Below, in pieces: positions 11,208-26,200 of a stretch of 64,000 nucleotides of DNA (position 1 is the stretch's first letter; the number at the start of each line of letters is the position of its first letter). Both the position numbers and the translations under genes were made by a program. Origin of the DNA: Trichinella spiralis (taxonomy: Eukaryota); NCBI RefSeq assembly GCF_000181795.1, contig NW_003526943.1, positions 9,284,849-9,348,848 on the forward strand, given 5' to 3'. The notes under the pieces are model-generated. The model was not told the DNA's origin and did no database searches. It saw only the letters and a program-made list of their open reading frames with translations.

Positions 11208-14200
11208 TCAAACTTCAGAATCATTTCCAGTCATTTGTGAAACTCCATTACCATTGACGTCATCGTCGTTTCGTACTCCCATTTGAAGATGTACCTCTTC
11301 AAACGTCATTCCTAACAGCTGTGTTAAGTCACAGACAAAGCGATATACGTAACGCTTTCCAGCTGTCTTGTGGATGATGTTTTTATCATAGTAGTACCGT
11401 AATCCCCGGGATAGTTTTTCATAGTTCATCTGAAAAAAATATCAAACTTAATCCAGAATAAACATATGTTTTTGCAAGCAGTGCATATATATATATAATG
11501 CATGTCTAATTTGTTAGATACATCTCCACATTCTATGTGTACAGGAAAACGGAAATAAGTTTGATACATTTTATATTTTTACAAAAAAGAAGTTCAGTGA
11601 ATTACACTGTTTTTAATATTTGTTAGCGGAAACTTCATCATGTTCATCAAACATTGCAGGATACGTAAAAAACAATTGCTGTTACTTTGTGCTATTTTTT
11701 CGTGCATTATAAAAAACAGCAACGTGCATAATACGCAATGAAATGTTGAAAGTCAATAATAATACATTCATCACCTATGCAACATAATTCTTTTACTAGT
11801 GAGTTGCTGTTTAGTGCTACGACTATTCATTTGTTGTGAAAAATATCTCCTCTTTTTCTGAAAGAAGACTTTTCAGCATTCATAACTACTTCTTTCAGTA
11901 AAAGATTTCAACAAACAACAATTAAAATTTTCAAATAAACTTTTTTTAAAAATATTTTTATTTTTATAACTGTAAAAAATAAAAAGTAAATAAAAAACTT
12001 TCAAAGAATAAATTAATCATCATAGTTGAAGAAACTTTCCTCTAAAACTATCAACATGTCAAGTATATACGTATATATTATTATAATAGATTTTCTTTAT
12101 TCAAGTCTCTTCATAGAACATTTATAATTGAATATTAATAATTGCCAAAAAAATCTGCTTTATCAATAAAAAGTCTTATAAATAAAATAAATGTATATAA
12201 TGGAAAGCAAAAGATGCATAAATTATATTATTGGTACATAAAAATGAAATGAAGTGCATAGTTTACCCCTTGAAACATCGAACAGGTGTGATTCTTAAAG
12301 ACAGTTGCGCATTTTATTTCTTCTTGAAAGTATAAATTGCTCACATTTATACTTCAGAGTAAATTTAACTGAACTTTTTTTTACGCTGAACAATTATTTG
12401 AAAAAAAAGTCCTATTCAAAATCAAGTGAAAGACCTCACTTGCAAACAGTACAAAAGTGCTGTATTTTTGTAAAATAAAATAAAATACTTTGTTGTTTTT
12501 ACTTACTGTTTTGAAGAAAAAATTACAAAATAATTTATTACCTTGGGTTTGTTTTTTCTTACACCCCAACGTCGAGCAACTTCGTCTGGATCAACTAATT
12601 TGAATTCCCAACCGTCTCCAGTCCAGCAGATAAAATCTTTACAGGCACGTGTCATCAACAATTCGAGCAAAAATTGCCACAGCTGTATTGGTCCCGAACC
12701 TAATTTTCATCAAATTTCACGAAATTTAATCAAACATTTATCCAAGACTGATTCCATATATATATACCTGAATAATTTGAGAGGTTGACTGGACTGAGCG
12801 AACTGCGCCATTCGAATTCAGATGGCGTTGCACATGGACTAAGATGGGCAGGTGACATTGCCGTCGTGGACAGGGCAAGATGTGACGGAGCGAATGAGCT
12901 TAAGTTTGCTTTTTGCTGTTCCACATCCGACTGATACGTTCTTGGATAGTACTGTCCACGACCGTTTGTTACAGCAGACAGGGGAATGCCGACGTTGGAC
13001 AAATTTGCCGACGATGCCTGCACTGTGGTCGTGGCAGGAGGAGCGCAGTAGACGCTTGCTGCTGCAGCGGTCGGTTGATAGTGAAATGCCGAGGAAATAT
13101 TCGTGCCCGTCTGCCTGGCTACCCAACAATATTCCGGTACACTGTGCAATGGTAACGTGCCATTGGACACATTATGCGGCGAGAGCTGATTTGCGCCAGC
13201 CGTCGGCGGGCCGACCATTGCTGGAACGGACGGTGACCGGAAACAAAATACTCCAGCGTCGGACATGCCTTTTTCTAAAATAAATAATAATATGCAAAAA
13301 AAACAATTGTCAAAATAAATAATAAATCTTGAAATGCATTAATTATTAATATTTATTAAGATGTTCACAGCTAATTTTTCAAGCAAAATTCACAATGCAA
13401 ACCAATACACGAATGTGGTGAAAAAGTGATTTTCAGACAACACAGAAGATCAGTTTCTTAGCAACTGAACACTGCTGGGACAGAAAGCTGCAAAGAGCTT
13501 AATTAAAAAATCGCACTACTTCTGATCGTTGTTTGAAAAATGATCATCTTGCATGCAGCTGAAAACGACCGTAAATTTTAAATGCAACTGCGGATCACGC
13601 AACTGTTCCCCATTCTGAGAGAAATAAAATTGCGTCCGCCGTTAGGCTTGTTGCTTGCTAGCTATTTTGCAGTTGCCTATATTTCATTCTGCTGATCGAC
13701 GTGCCGTTTTACAGGAAGGTGCAGCCAAGCTGAAAAACGATGCAGTTCGGATAAAAGCTTCTCCATGCTATAACAGACCGGATTGGTTCCGCTCTGCTTG
13801 GTTTTCAGAAAACCAGCCGCACCCGCGCGCCACCGCCGTTCACAGCCGGAAGATTACCAATAATAAAACATGGCCGCTTTTTGGTAAAAATTATTTATCC
13901 TTTATTTTTAATCATCAAATACAATACTAGAACAATTTTTATGATGCAAATTCACAAATTATTAATTAGTAGAAAACAAGCAACACCCGTCGCAAATCGA
14001 CCAGAAAAGTAAAATTGAAACAGAAAACAAAAATGAGTGTGGTAAATAATTTGAAGAAAAAATTTATCGTTAACATTTGCGAAAAAAAGTGCATTTTATT
14101 ATTTCATTAAAAAACAAATAAAACTTTAACTGTCGTTTTTCCAAATGAAACCTGCGTAATTTTTCTTCTTTTTTTTTATTTTTAATAAAATTACTGATAG

Positions 14201-17200
14201 ATGATTATGATCAAAAGCGTAAAAGTTGAACTTCTAATCTAACTGCGCAATAAAAAACCAGTGCAGCTAACATAAAACATAAATGACATTTTAAAAAATG
14301 GAAATTTGATCTCTGAAAATCTGCGTTTTCCATTATATCTACTAGGTTAATCTAAAATCTATCATATAAATTGAATAGTTGTATTGTTTACCAAAAAGAA
14401 AAAGCAAAAAAACGATGCATAAATAAAAGTCACCTGTTGTTGGGTTTTAAAATTCTTTGTAAAAGTTAGCTAGCTATTTGTAAAATGGATCGGTGAGTGA
14501 ATCACATGTTTTCATTGCAATTCATCAAAATACCCCTCAAACTTCAAAAGCCCATAATTACAATAATATATACAATGCAAAAAGAAAACTATTTATGCTT
14601 TCTATTTTTTGTGCTGTAAAAAAATAAAATTAAAGTTATTAAAAATTCTAACAGTTATTTATAATAACTGCAATTAAACGTTTGAATGCATTTAGCAGAA
14701 ATAACTTCCTTTTGTGTGGAAAAAATGTTATTGCTGTTTTACAAATCTAAGTGGAACAGGCGAAAATGAATAATATGCTTAATAAAGCATCATCTCGCTT
14801 CTTAAACTAACAATTATCAAATCGGTTATTTATCCCAAAGCGGTTTGGTTCAACAATATATACATATATATATACAGTTGGCCGGCCTGTCTGTGATGAA
14901 ATAAATGTTCCAACAATTTTGACGCCTCGATTTCAGACGACGATGATGAATGCACGTTCAGTGAACATTTGCAACTTTTCCCTCTCCCTGCCGAGACTTT
15001 GTCGATGGGAATCGGTCTAAGAACACAAGAGATGGATTGATGCCCTTGTTGATTTCTACTATTCAACGGCATGTCATCGGTGATTAGTTGTTTTTCTGAA
15101 AAATTGCCCGAAAACATTCAAACTCGTGCCTTACCCTGCGGATGATGAATTCTATCTTCGTTGTAAGCGGTGTGCATTATTATTTCAAATGTTTACTTCC
15201 ACTGATGATTCTAACAACAAGACCGTAAACGTGAACTGCAACCGTCAAATGATTCCCACTAGCCTATAAAATAACGATTGCGCAGGTCGCCTTCAAAAGG
15301 CACCCAAAGCGGAAACCCTCCATCTCGGCTGATGTTGCTCAAAACACGACTGTCACAACTGGCCGCACATGTCAACCACGCGGTCAAATCAACTACAAAC
15401 CAGCTGCCTGTCAAAAGCTGGATCATATAAATAAAAATATTAAAAAAGCGCTTCCGTCGTGATCGATGCCTCTTTTACAAATAAATGCATTATTATTATT
15501 CTTTTTTTTAAATGTCATTTTGTGTTTCAATTATGATCGATTTCAAGCTAAACACAGGCATGACATTTTGCATCCCAAATTCGGAAAATAAAAATTGAAT
15601 TAAAATTATCAATACTAACACCTGTTTTTGGATTATTATAATTTAAAAAAATATCTCTTTTAACATGCTTACGTGGTTGATAAGAAAATTCTTGTTCAGA
15701 ACTATGACCATACGGTTCGACCAGGGGCTGAGTCACCGGTTCAGTTTTGAAGGCGGGTGTGTTCACATCAGAATGATCTTCATAATTAGGACTGCCATTC
15801 ACCATGTGGCAAATTTGCTCTTCTGCACCTGAAATTTCTCATTTAAAATTCTCCCTTATACATAACAATATATATATATATCCTTATAATTTACCAGATA
15901 AAAAGTGTTGTTTGTTGAGCACTTTGCAATCAAAAGTCGTGGACTGATCCATATATGATGCAGTATTGTCGTATTGACAATAGTTTTCATCCATACAGCA
16001 AGTAGCTTCTTTAGCGCAATCTTAAAAACAATGTATACTGCATTGAAAAGATGTAAACAGAAATCAAAGTTCTGCTTTTTCAATTTTTTCTAAAAGTAAT
16101 ATTCGAATAATTACCTTTCTGCATTGTATCTAAATGTTCCCAGAGAATATCACCAACAAAAGGTGGCGACCGATTCAGAAATTCTTCACGCGTTAAAGCA
16201 CACAGATCTCGTCCGCTCAAAGCGTAGTGTTCAATTATGATTCCGGCCAACGAGAACTCCCTTATAGACCAAAATAACCACTGGCGGACTTGATGTGGAG
16301 ACCACTCGACGGGATCTGGAAAAGAAGAACGATTTTCACGTGCATAATGATTGGTCAATTAATTAACTAGCTGGCGCTAGAATAGTTGAAGAAAGCAACT
16401 ATTTTCATTTTAAATAACCAACCAGCTTTAAGAAAATTGATAAACAAAACTTTCCCCATTTCTTTGTTTGAGTTTTCAACTTCTTTTTTTAATGATTTGA
16501 AAAATCAACTTTACTTACTTTTTGGAATGTTTAGCTTAACACGCTCTGCATCAAAGCTAGAATAGCTAGAGCGCAACGCATCGGACAGTTTCTGGTTCGT
16601 TCTTGGTGTCAACGGTGGAAGTTGAGGTAGCCCATCTACAAAAGAAACAAAATAAACATTTCAGCAATGAAATTATAATAATTTTGACATAATGATTGAA
16701 AATGAATCGTTCATTTTTGGAAAGGAGAACCATTTTTGAAAAACGCTGCCTAATAGACGCGATTTATCATTCAACCGCATAGACGTAAAAATGACATGTG
16801 AGGGTGATGTTTATAACCTAGGAACCCCTGAGCCAAATTTTACGCCTCACTACAAGTTGTCAATAAAGTCACGTTCATATGTCTTGCAATTATAAAAATA
16901 CAGACTTTTAATGTCAGAAATAAATAATCTGCATGCTTGGAAGCTTTAGCAAATTAAAAACTTATTGGTTATTAAATGCATCCAAAATGACAAACTTTGG
17001 AATATTTTTATAGTGATGCATATTTTTTCAATTATTATATTACTGAGCTACACATATACATATATAATTATATTTTATACGAAACATGCATTACAAAACA
17101 TTGAATAAAATATAAGAATGTAATGTGAAGAAAACTATTGCTATAAAAAAGCACAGTATTTTTACGCTGCTGATTTCAAAAAAGATTACTGCTTAATATT

Positions 17201-20200
17201 ACATTAAATATATCAATGGATTTTGAAAACAATAAGTAAGCTTATTTTAATTAGCAATGGTTTAATGAAATAAATTAACAGTATTTTATTAAAAGCATAT
17301 TATTAAAAATGCAAACAACTGTATTCCACAATATTTATTAAAAGTTGCATGTGCTTTGATACAAATGAAAAATTTCACCAGTTTTTCTCTTTCCATTAAA
17401 AAATTCGTCCACTCAACTCAAAGTAATTTTATATGCAATTTTTCATAAGAACTGACAATTTATGCATTATGACAAAAACTATATTGCATTGTTGGAAATA
17501 ATCATTTTTTCAAATCATATTTGTTATACGCGTATTGTAATACTTGACATCTATTATAAAAATAATAAATCCAGTTTCAAAATCAAATCGGTATACAGAA
17601 TAAAAACATTATGTTGAAAATGTTAACCAATGGTTGTTAGAGCTTATACAATGTTCCAACAAATGTTACAGTAGGACTTATGACATCGTTCATTGCAAAA
17701 TGGTGATTTATTAGATGAAAGGCAACTGTTCCTCAACATGAGAACCATAAGCACTATGAAAATTGTGGTGAAACAATAAACGAGCAAGAGCAAAGTAAAT
17801 TTTCTGGAATTAGTTGCTTTTGGAAAACACAGACTTTTTCGAGACAGAGCTTTAATAGGGGCACTAAGAAACGTTGGCCCGTTGAAGTCGGGCAGCGACT
17901 GAACGGAAGAATAGGCTTATTCGTTGTCTGGTCGAGGCTTAATTAAATCAAGTGCATCATTAGCTCAACTCTTAAAGTCAACAAGTGGCTTAAAATCAGC
18001 AATCTCATCCATTCAACAGAGTCTACTGTAAAAGCGCGCATTTTCCGCCAAGAGGCAGTTGATCACTTTCGCTTTGACTAGCGCTGTTAATTCTTCAACT
18101 CACTCAATTTCACAATTGCTCTTTACAGCTAGTGATGAAGTTCAGATTTTACTACTGTCTTAACAGCAAGCAAACAATTCACCCCGAGTTAAATTAAAAA
18201 CAAGTTAATTAAAGATTCTAAAATAAAAATATAATTATTCATCACAAATTATATAATAGAGCATAGCATGAATAAAAAAAGAAAAATCTATAACGTTATT
18301 GTAAAATGTAGTTAATTTATTATATGTTCAGTTATTGTTTGCATTATGCTATTAAAAGAAAAAACAATTTAAAAAGTAGCAAAAATTTTACGCGGTTTAA
18401 TGAGCAATAATAACAACATCCTAAAGTTTAAAATTAAACAATTGGTTCTTCAAATAATGCTGCAAAATCAATTGAGTTTTATTTAAATGCTTTGCAAGCA
18501 CAAAGTACATATGCAAACAAACGCGCATGCAGTGAGCAAAATAACAAATACAACAAAAGTAACTCATTAACACAACAAACTAATTTAATACCCCCTATTT
18601 TACCTGAAATTTATAATGTTTATTATGTATAACATTAGTGGGTACATATATATGTGCATACATACTTTAATGTATTAAACAGTCAAAATACTATAATCAT
18701 TTTCAGCATGCAGATCTTCAAATGAATTACTGCACAAAAAAATACTAAACATCTATGAATAAAAATCTATAAAAATAAGTATACATGGTTTATGAAAAAA
18801 TGGCTAATAATACAAACATAATCATTCTAAATATTGTACATGTACGTGCATATGAAAAAAAATCATTGTAGAATACACTCATCATGTTATGAAAAATAAA
18901 CAGTTTCTGCATGCATTCTCATATTTATCATCTACGCTTCAACATCATAAAAACATTAAAATTATATGCATTTTTGAAAGGTGTAAAAGTATTATTTAAA
19001 TCCTAGCAATAATATCTCAATAAAACAAATTGTAGAATAACAGTTTTTGATTATTTATTATATTTACAGTTTTGTGCAATGTCTTTAGTAGTACGTTGTT
19101 CACATATTTATCATACTTAAGAAACTGCATTAAAAAATATTTTACAAAATATAAAATTTGTTATCATAAATTAATAGAATCTTTTCAGAGTTAATAAAAG
19201 TTGAAACAATGCATGTGCAACTAATACTTATGGGAACGTAAAAGGGAAACATATGCAATGATGTTTGCAACAAGTACAACTGCAAAAGGGATTGTTAAAA
19301 GTTTTTCAGCTAATTTTTTCAAGGGGAATACCTTTTTTCTTTAGTTAACATAAATAAACCAAAAAAAACAATGATATAAAGAACTCTTTTTACACTCGTG
19401 TCAAAATTGCAACAATCTGCTCATATAAGCAACTAACGACCGTCAAAAGCGTTTCTTCAGTTGTAGAGGAAAAACAAATAGCGGAAACAGAGAAAATATA
19501 TAAGCTTCACTTACCACGTGGTGCTTGAACAAATGCATATTGTTTTTCAAATAAAATAAAAAGTGCAAAAGTCTTATAATTTTTTTGGGTTCCTCAAAGA
19601 AAAAGTGGCAATGATGATCAATGACGCTTACCTACTCCTGAAAGACAACCTAAAACCACGGTCATTTGATGAAAACAACTTTTCTCATGAATGGAGACGA
19701 CAACTAGTGTGATAAAGTGGAAAAGCGGATGCACACACTAGCAGTGTCCAACGGTCGGACAGTTGAGAAGGGGACCGGCCTAAACTGGCCATGAATGAGA
19801 AAACGTAGTACACATTCAGCTTGCTAGTGAATGACCACGCTTGGCCTTGAAAAAGCTACACACGTACACCAACGGCCGAGACTCATTCATGTACGACTGG
19901 CCCATTCACGGCCAGGCGCCATGGCCACGCCTAGATGATTCACAACAAAGCGCCGCCGGCAAGACACGGCGGATAATTGCCAGTCGGCCGAGGTCGCGGA
20001 TGAAAATGTTCAACCTCTTTCTCACGGCTTTGGCTTACCTCCATCTCTCTTTTGCCTCTTTTTTTCATATTTCGTCACTTTGATACGTTAAGCCGCTTGC
20101 AAAAAGCACAATCGACCTAATTAGCCGCTGGATTGATCACCCTTAGAAATATGACCAGCAAAATATTGTGCAAATTATACCATAACATTTAGCAGCTTCG

Positions 20201-23200
20201 GCATGTTAAAAGAAACATCTTAGTTAAACAATAAAAGAGGCAATGACAATATAAAGATCAAATAGCAAGAAAAAACAAATTACAAAGGCTTTTTGAACGC
20301 CGACCAATGTGATAGACATTCTTTGCTCAAAACGTACGTGCCCCGGAAATGAAAGATAACCAAGCCGGAAGTTGCAGCATGATAAGAAGTCATGTGCCTA
20401 ATACAGCTAACAAAAAAAGCAAACATCCAGAGGTACACTTTATGATTTGGGTTGTTCAGCTTATTGTCCTTTGCAAAATAAAATTTTATTTTACAATATG
20501 ATTTCCAAACAACAAGAAATTCTAAAGGAAAATTTTCACTGTATGAGATTGATAACAAATGCTGAAAAGCAGATGAAACGCTACAACTAAAAAATATACT
20601 GCAAAAGCGGATGGCATTTTATACAAATTTTTTTAAACACAAAATTGTGAAGTAATAGTTCAAAAAAAGATAGCAAATATTTTTTCAAATGGAACGAATT
20701 GAAATGGAAGTTTACAAAAGAATTCTAGATTTTCCAGCAAAATTCCATCGTTTATAGCAAACAGAAACTGATTCATGGAAATATGCTTTCCAGTAAACAT
20801 GAACGAAACAAATAAGCATTAGCTGTTTTCCAAATCAAAATTGAATGCATTGAAATGCAATTGACAAAGAGAATAAAAGAAAAATGCAAAATAGTTGTGC
20901 AACTTCCACAAAGCATTGCAAAGCAAGGTGCTTTACAGTTTGCTATTGTTTTTTTTGGCAGAATACACGTCAGCACTTCTTCCGTGCAAAAGAAAATTTT
21001 AAATGTTATCCCAGTAGGAAATTCAAAAAAAACAACTAAATTTTCTACAGTATTAACTTACAGGTGGAATTAAATAATGGCAAAAATGTTAAGACAGCGT
21101 TTTTTAAGAAAATGACATTCGTATCAATGAGAAAAAATGAGCGAACGAATTGTTAAGCCAAAATCAACATTAATTTTCAAAGAAAAAGTTGCTCTTGGTT
21201 AAGTAATCAGAAAAGTTATACAAGAAGAATACGATCACGAAGGTGTGACTCACATTTTCCCTAATAATAGAAAAGAATCGCGCATGGTCGATTAATTTTT
21301 CAACTAAAATCAGGAATTTGTTCACATTAATCAATTGTACACAATTGGCGCATATTTCACACTTCAACTTACTTTGTCAAAATTATGTTAAAAGTCGAAG
21401 CATTTTAAAATATTACAATTTTTGCATCTTGAAAATTAAATATATTGTGAAACAAACTGTCATGTAAATGTATCTATTTTCCTTGTGTTTCTTGGTCAAC
21501 TGTATGTTATACAGCATAAACAAGTTAATGTATCAATTAATTCTACGTGCATTATAAGTAAAGATAAAACTTGTCTCATAGAATTAATTCTGCCAACTTG
21601 GCAATAACATTAATCCTATGAACAAGTTGTATGATGTGAAATCTGCTTTTTTCTATTAAAATGTAAATTAACATCTTTGTAATAAGAAGTCATTTAAAAT
21701 TATTTCATAATGCAGATATATATTTCCTCTTTTATAAAATAATCTTAATAAACTATATATATATTTACATTTAACATGACTACTACAGTTATAAATGTCA
21801 TCTTTTATCCAAAATTAAATTATAATTTTCGTATCATAAATATCTTTTCTGTTATTTGACATTTTCTTATTCTGCATATATCTGCTAAAAATTATTTTCA
21901 GTCAGTAATAAAGAAGATGAATAGTAAAACATCAACTAAGTGATAAGTGCAAAATATTGTGCAGTATTAAAATTCTGTAAAAATACTATGCAAAAAGATA
22001 TTTATCATATTTAAAAATAAATAAACTTATACTTTTAAAGATATTTCTGTAGAAAATTAACATCATCAACAGATGAAGCTTTTAACAAGCATTTAAAATC
22101 TACTGTCTAAAATTGATTTTACTCTTGCTTTTGACCTCTACAAAAATAACTTTGTACTTCCTAAAATATGAATTACTTTAACGCCAAAAATACATTTTTT
22201 TAGATTTCCTCTGACTGAGTTTATGCATTCAACTTCATATAATATATAATACATAAAAGATTTCCTATCAATCTCCAAATGAAATAAAATAAATCTTTTT
22301 TCTCATTTAGACAAGGAAGAATGCACAAAATAAAAACCGAACTAAACTAAGCTGTTCTTTCTATTTATGTCTAGATTCCATTCTCATTGTCATTTATACT
22401 ATTTACATTAATTAAATTTTCTTATTTTTCCACAAAAATACCCGAACACAATTTTGTATAAAATTTTAACATTCATAATAAAATCTTTTTGCAATTTTAA
22501 TTCATTTTTGCTTTTTCGATTTTAAATTATATTTGAAATGAAACAACTAAATACAGGGAAAATTTTCATTTCATAACTGTTCCAAAATTAATAAATATTT
22601 AGGAAAAATGAAAATTTCAAATAATATCATTCAGCTTCTTGTAGAAATACTCGACGGTTAGCAATATAAATGAGATCATAAGTAAATATCAAATTATTAT
22701 CAAGCAGTTATTTACATTAATATGTTATTTACAGCAGAAAACAAGATGTTCCCATATGTTGACAGTGCAGTAAATAAAATACACTTTTCTCTAATCAAAT
22801 TCAATTTGCCTTGCATGATTGCAGCTTTTGTAATATTTAATTTCAGTCTAAAAGAAATTATTTAAAATCAGCATATTAATTCTGTTTGTTCAGGATCATT
22901 TTTGTTATAAGAAACACCCGACTGATATTAATTTCAAAAAATCAGCAGCATTATGAACATTGAAAACTAATAATGAGAAATTGTGTAATATAATTGCCTC
23001 TAATAGAAACTGTAATATTTTTTGATGTTTCATGGTACACCTCCCTTGGGTCAGATGTGATCTGAAATAAAGACGCCATTTTCGGCTCGTTCAAAGCTTA
23101 TAGTCCGTATCCCGTGAGAGCCCTTTACCGGTCATCCAGGCAAAAGTGACACTCTTCAAAACTGATAAATTGCTAGAGAAAATTGTAGACGACCTGATTC

Positions 23201-26200
23201 TGCGGTAGATTTCTGTATACAAAGGAGGTAAAGTTCATGACCAGACAATTGTAAAGAAGCACATCAACTGTAATTAACGTTCATTAATAGTGCAACAATA
23301 ACAGTGGGAAATCGGCTGACCGGAAGCCAAGCTGACCTATTTGATTTACATGCTCGCGCCAGATCATCTTACCTGCATGCGTATTGGCAGCCAGCTTAAG
23401 CATACTGTAATAGCGTGTAGCACGCGCACTCGGCTGATAATCGACGATCACCATTAGATACTGTAATTTAAAAAATTTAAAGATTCACAAACAAGTGGGG
23501 CGTAAGCAACAGGCGGTGCAAACTTAAATTGAGCATCACTGAAAGCACTTGCACTTGCAAAGCAAAAAGTGGCAGGTTTACTGCGGCGACACCTGTCAAA
23601 AATTGATTGGCTACTAAAATGAACGTAGGCGTGGCCCATAAAATTCTTATACGTGGAGTTTGCAACATACCGACATCCAACTGAGAATGGATCAAACAGG
23701 CGGAAGGGGCCACTTTTTTCGGTTTTCAGGGTCATCACCAATAAATAAATGTTAAAAATTAAACTTCTTAAGCATTGGCAGTGTGACATGTTGAAGGAGC
23801 GGCATGCAATAAAAATGTAGCAATTGTTTTTTTAACTGCTATAATCATCTAATTAGTTTTAAGAGGAGCAACAACGGATAAGGTAAGCTACAAAACACTA
23901 CACATGCCACAGAAATTTTAATGATGAAAAATTGTTATAAAAAGTTTTTTTCAAATTTTACTGAAACATAACCCAACTACAAAATGTCCTCGTCGCCTAC
24001 TGACTGTTTATTCAAAAAGGCGATAATTGCTTTAGCACGTTGAAATTTGTCCAAGGAAATTTGAATTAATTAGAGAAATAATTATCTCTAACAACGTCCG
24101 TGCAATGCGCGAATAGATTAAAATAAGAAAGGTATATTTTTAATTTTACAAATAATTTTTTGTTAAATAAACAATTTTGGCTTTTTTTCCATTTCTATAA
24201 GACATTGTTAGATTTTAAAATAAAAATTTCAGTATTTTTATTTTAAAAATTCAATTTTAAGTGCACATGTCTGTATGAAAAAATCTACATTCTAAAAAAA
24301 GCCATGAAATCAAAGTTTGCATAATTCATATAAATAATTAATGAGTTATTTTCATTCATATATAACATTGTAAAATGAAAATGCTGTTCTTAATTGGGGA
24401 CTTTCAAAGAAATATCGTTTCAAAAAATAAGATTACATAAAAAATATACAGCGCTTCATTGCAAAGGTCACGTTTCATTTTTTTAAGCCTTTCAAACAGT
24501 AATTTTTGCGTCTTTTAAATATTTCATGCAATATCAAAGATATTCAAGATTGTTGGTTAAAAGCCAACCTCAATGACCGGAAGTTGGTGGAAAGCTAACC
24601 AACTTGCCAGTTGAAGGGTCACTTGACACAGACGGCCTCGGTTGACCCGAACTTGGACACGTGGTCAAAATGAAATTCATGTATTGTAATATTGAAACAA
24701 GCATAAAAGAGAAATATGATATGTGAGATGTGGAACAAAAAAAAACAACATGTAAAAAACAACAACAACATCAGCTTCACACTAAAATTAAAAAATGACT
24801 AAAGCACGCAATTCTGGGTCATAACTCGTCAAAAACGGAAATAAAAGCTCTAAAAAGCAATGGAGGCTATATGTTTTTTCGATAATCTAACCCACTGTTT
24901 TGCCACGCTTTGTATTTAATGGGGCAGGGTCACCTGTCTATTTTTTTCTCTTTTTTTGATTTTCAATTGAGAAATCACAGCAACCGGTGTAGTTGAATGT
25001 TGAGGCCATTTTGCTGCTATTACACGTTTGCCATATTATAGCATATAACAGCGGAGCACATAGAAAATGAGCTTTTTAGCAAATGATTCAGCAAAGCAAA
25101 AATTTTGATTAGCTTTGAAACGCCAGATGCCATGCTACGTTTATTGTGCAAAGAAGTCGCGTTCAATGAAAGGCACGCTTGCCAAAGGAATCGTAAATCA
25201 AAGCAAAATGTCGAATTTTTATGCTAGCAAGTTTAAAACGTTTTCTAAGCTGCAACAATTTCAAGACAAAGAAGCAACAACGAAATGACTAGTAGAATTT
25301 TATGCTTTTCCTTATTTCAATGGCTTCTCACAATGGCAAGACATAAAAAATTGTTTAATTCATTCAAATTATTAAATACAACATATATGAACCACAATTT
25401 ATACATACTATCAAAATCATTACTACCAAATCTTGTTTAAGTGTAATGTTATATATATATATGTATGTATGTATTATAACAACTATTATTATAACTCACA
25501 ATATAATAAATTCCTTTCATTCTCAAAATAAAACTTTTTCAAAACGTTTCATAAATAAATAAATATATATTAATAAATTAATAAATAAAGTTGGCAAAAT
25601 TTAAGAAAAGCCAAACAATGATGCTATTAAAAAAATACTTTTATTACCGGCAAAACATGTAACTTTCATATGATACAAAAATTTTTTTCTAATATTAAAA
25701 CATTTAATTTATTTCAAAAAATTAAAATTTTAGATTTTTATTTTCTCAATTAATCCAATTAATTTTTTAATTCAATTAAAAAAATAGAAATCCATGTACA
25801 TGCATAATTCTTGAAATCATGTGTCATTATATTTCTATCTAAATAATATCATGAAAGAATTAAACAAAAGCATGTAATGTTTTTTGAAGGTATTTACGTA
25901 ATATTTTCTTTAGTGACATGTCAAAAATGCAGTTAAAAATATAAATACTTGATAAAATCATACTTTTTAAAAATGTGATGATTAATGTACAACTGATAAA
26001 ATAAAATAAATGAATCCAATGAAATTACCTGCCACAACTCAAATAATTTCTCCCCTGACAATGAAATTCAACTACTTTATCTATGATCTCACATAAGCAA
26101 TATATATATCATTACCATTGTAAATTGTGATTATTTACAGCAGAACACCTATATTCTTTTATTTTATTATTTTAAATATGCCTAAAAAAGTATGAGAAAA

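Noticed and set aside
12543..13283. Several overlapping ORFs in other frames and on the plus strand
   Set aside because: Shadows of the GC-rich ETS exons.
15005..23310. RTGGGAA (CSL/LAG-1) motifs in ETS introns
   Set aside because: The number seen is about what base composition would give by chance.
24551..24615. Hairpin AAGTTGGT...ACCAACTT
   Set aside because: The stem is too short for a pre-miRNA. It overlaps an ETS motif and has no other support.
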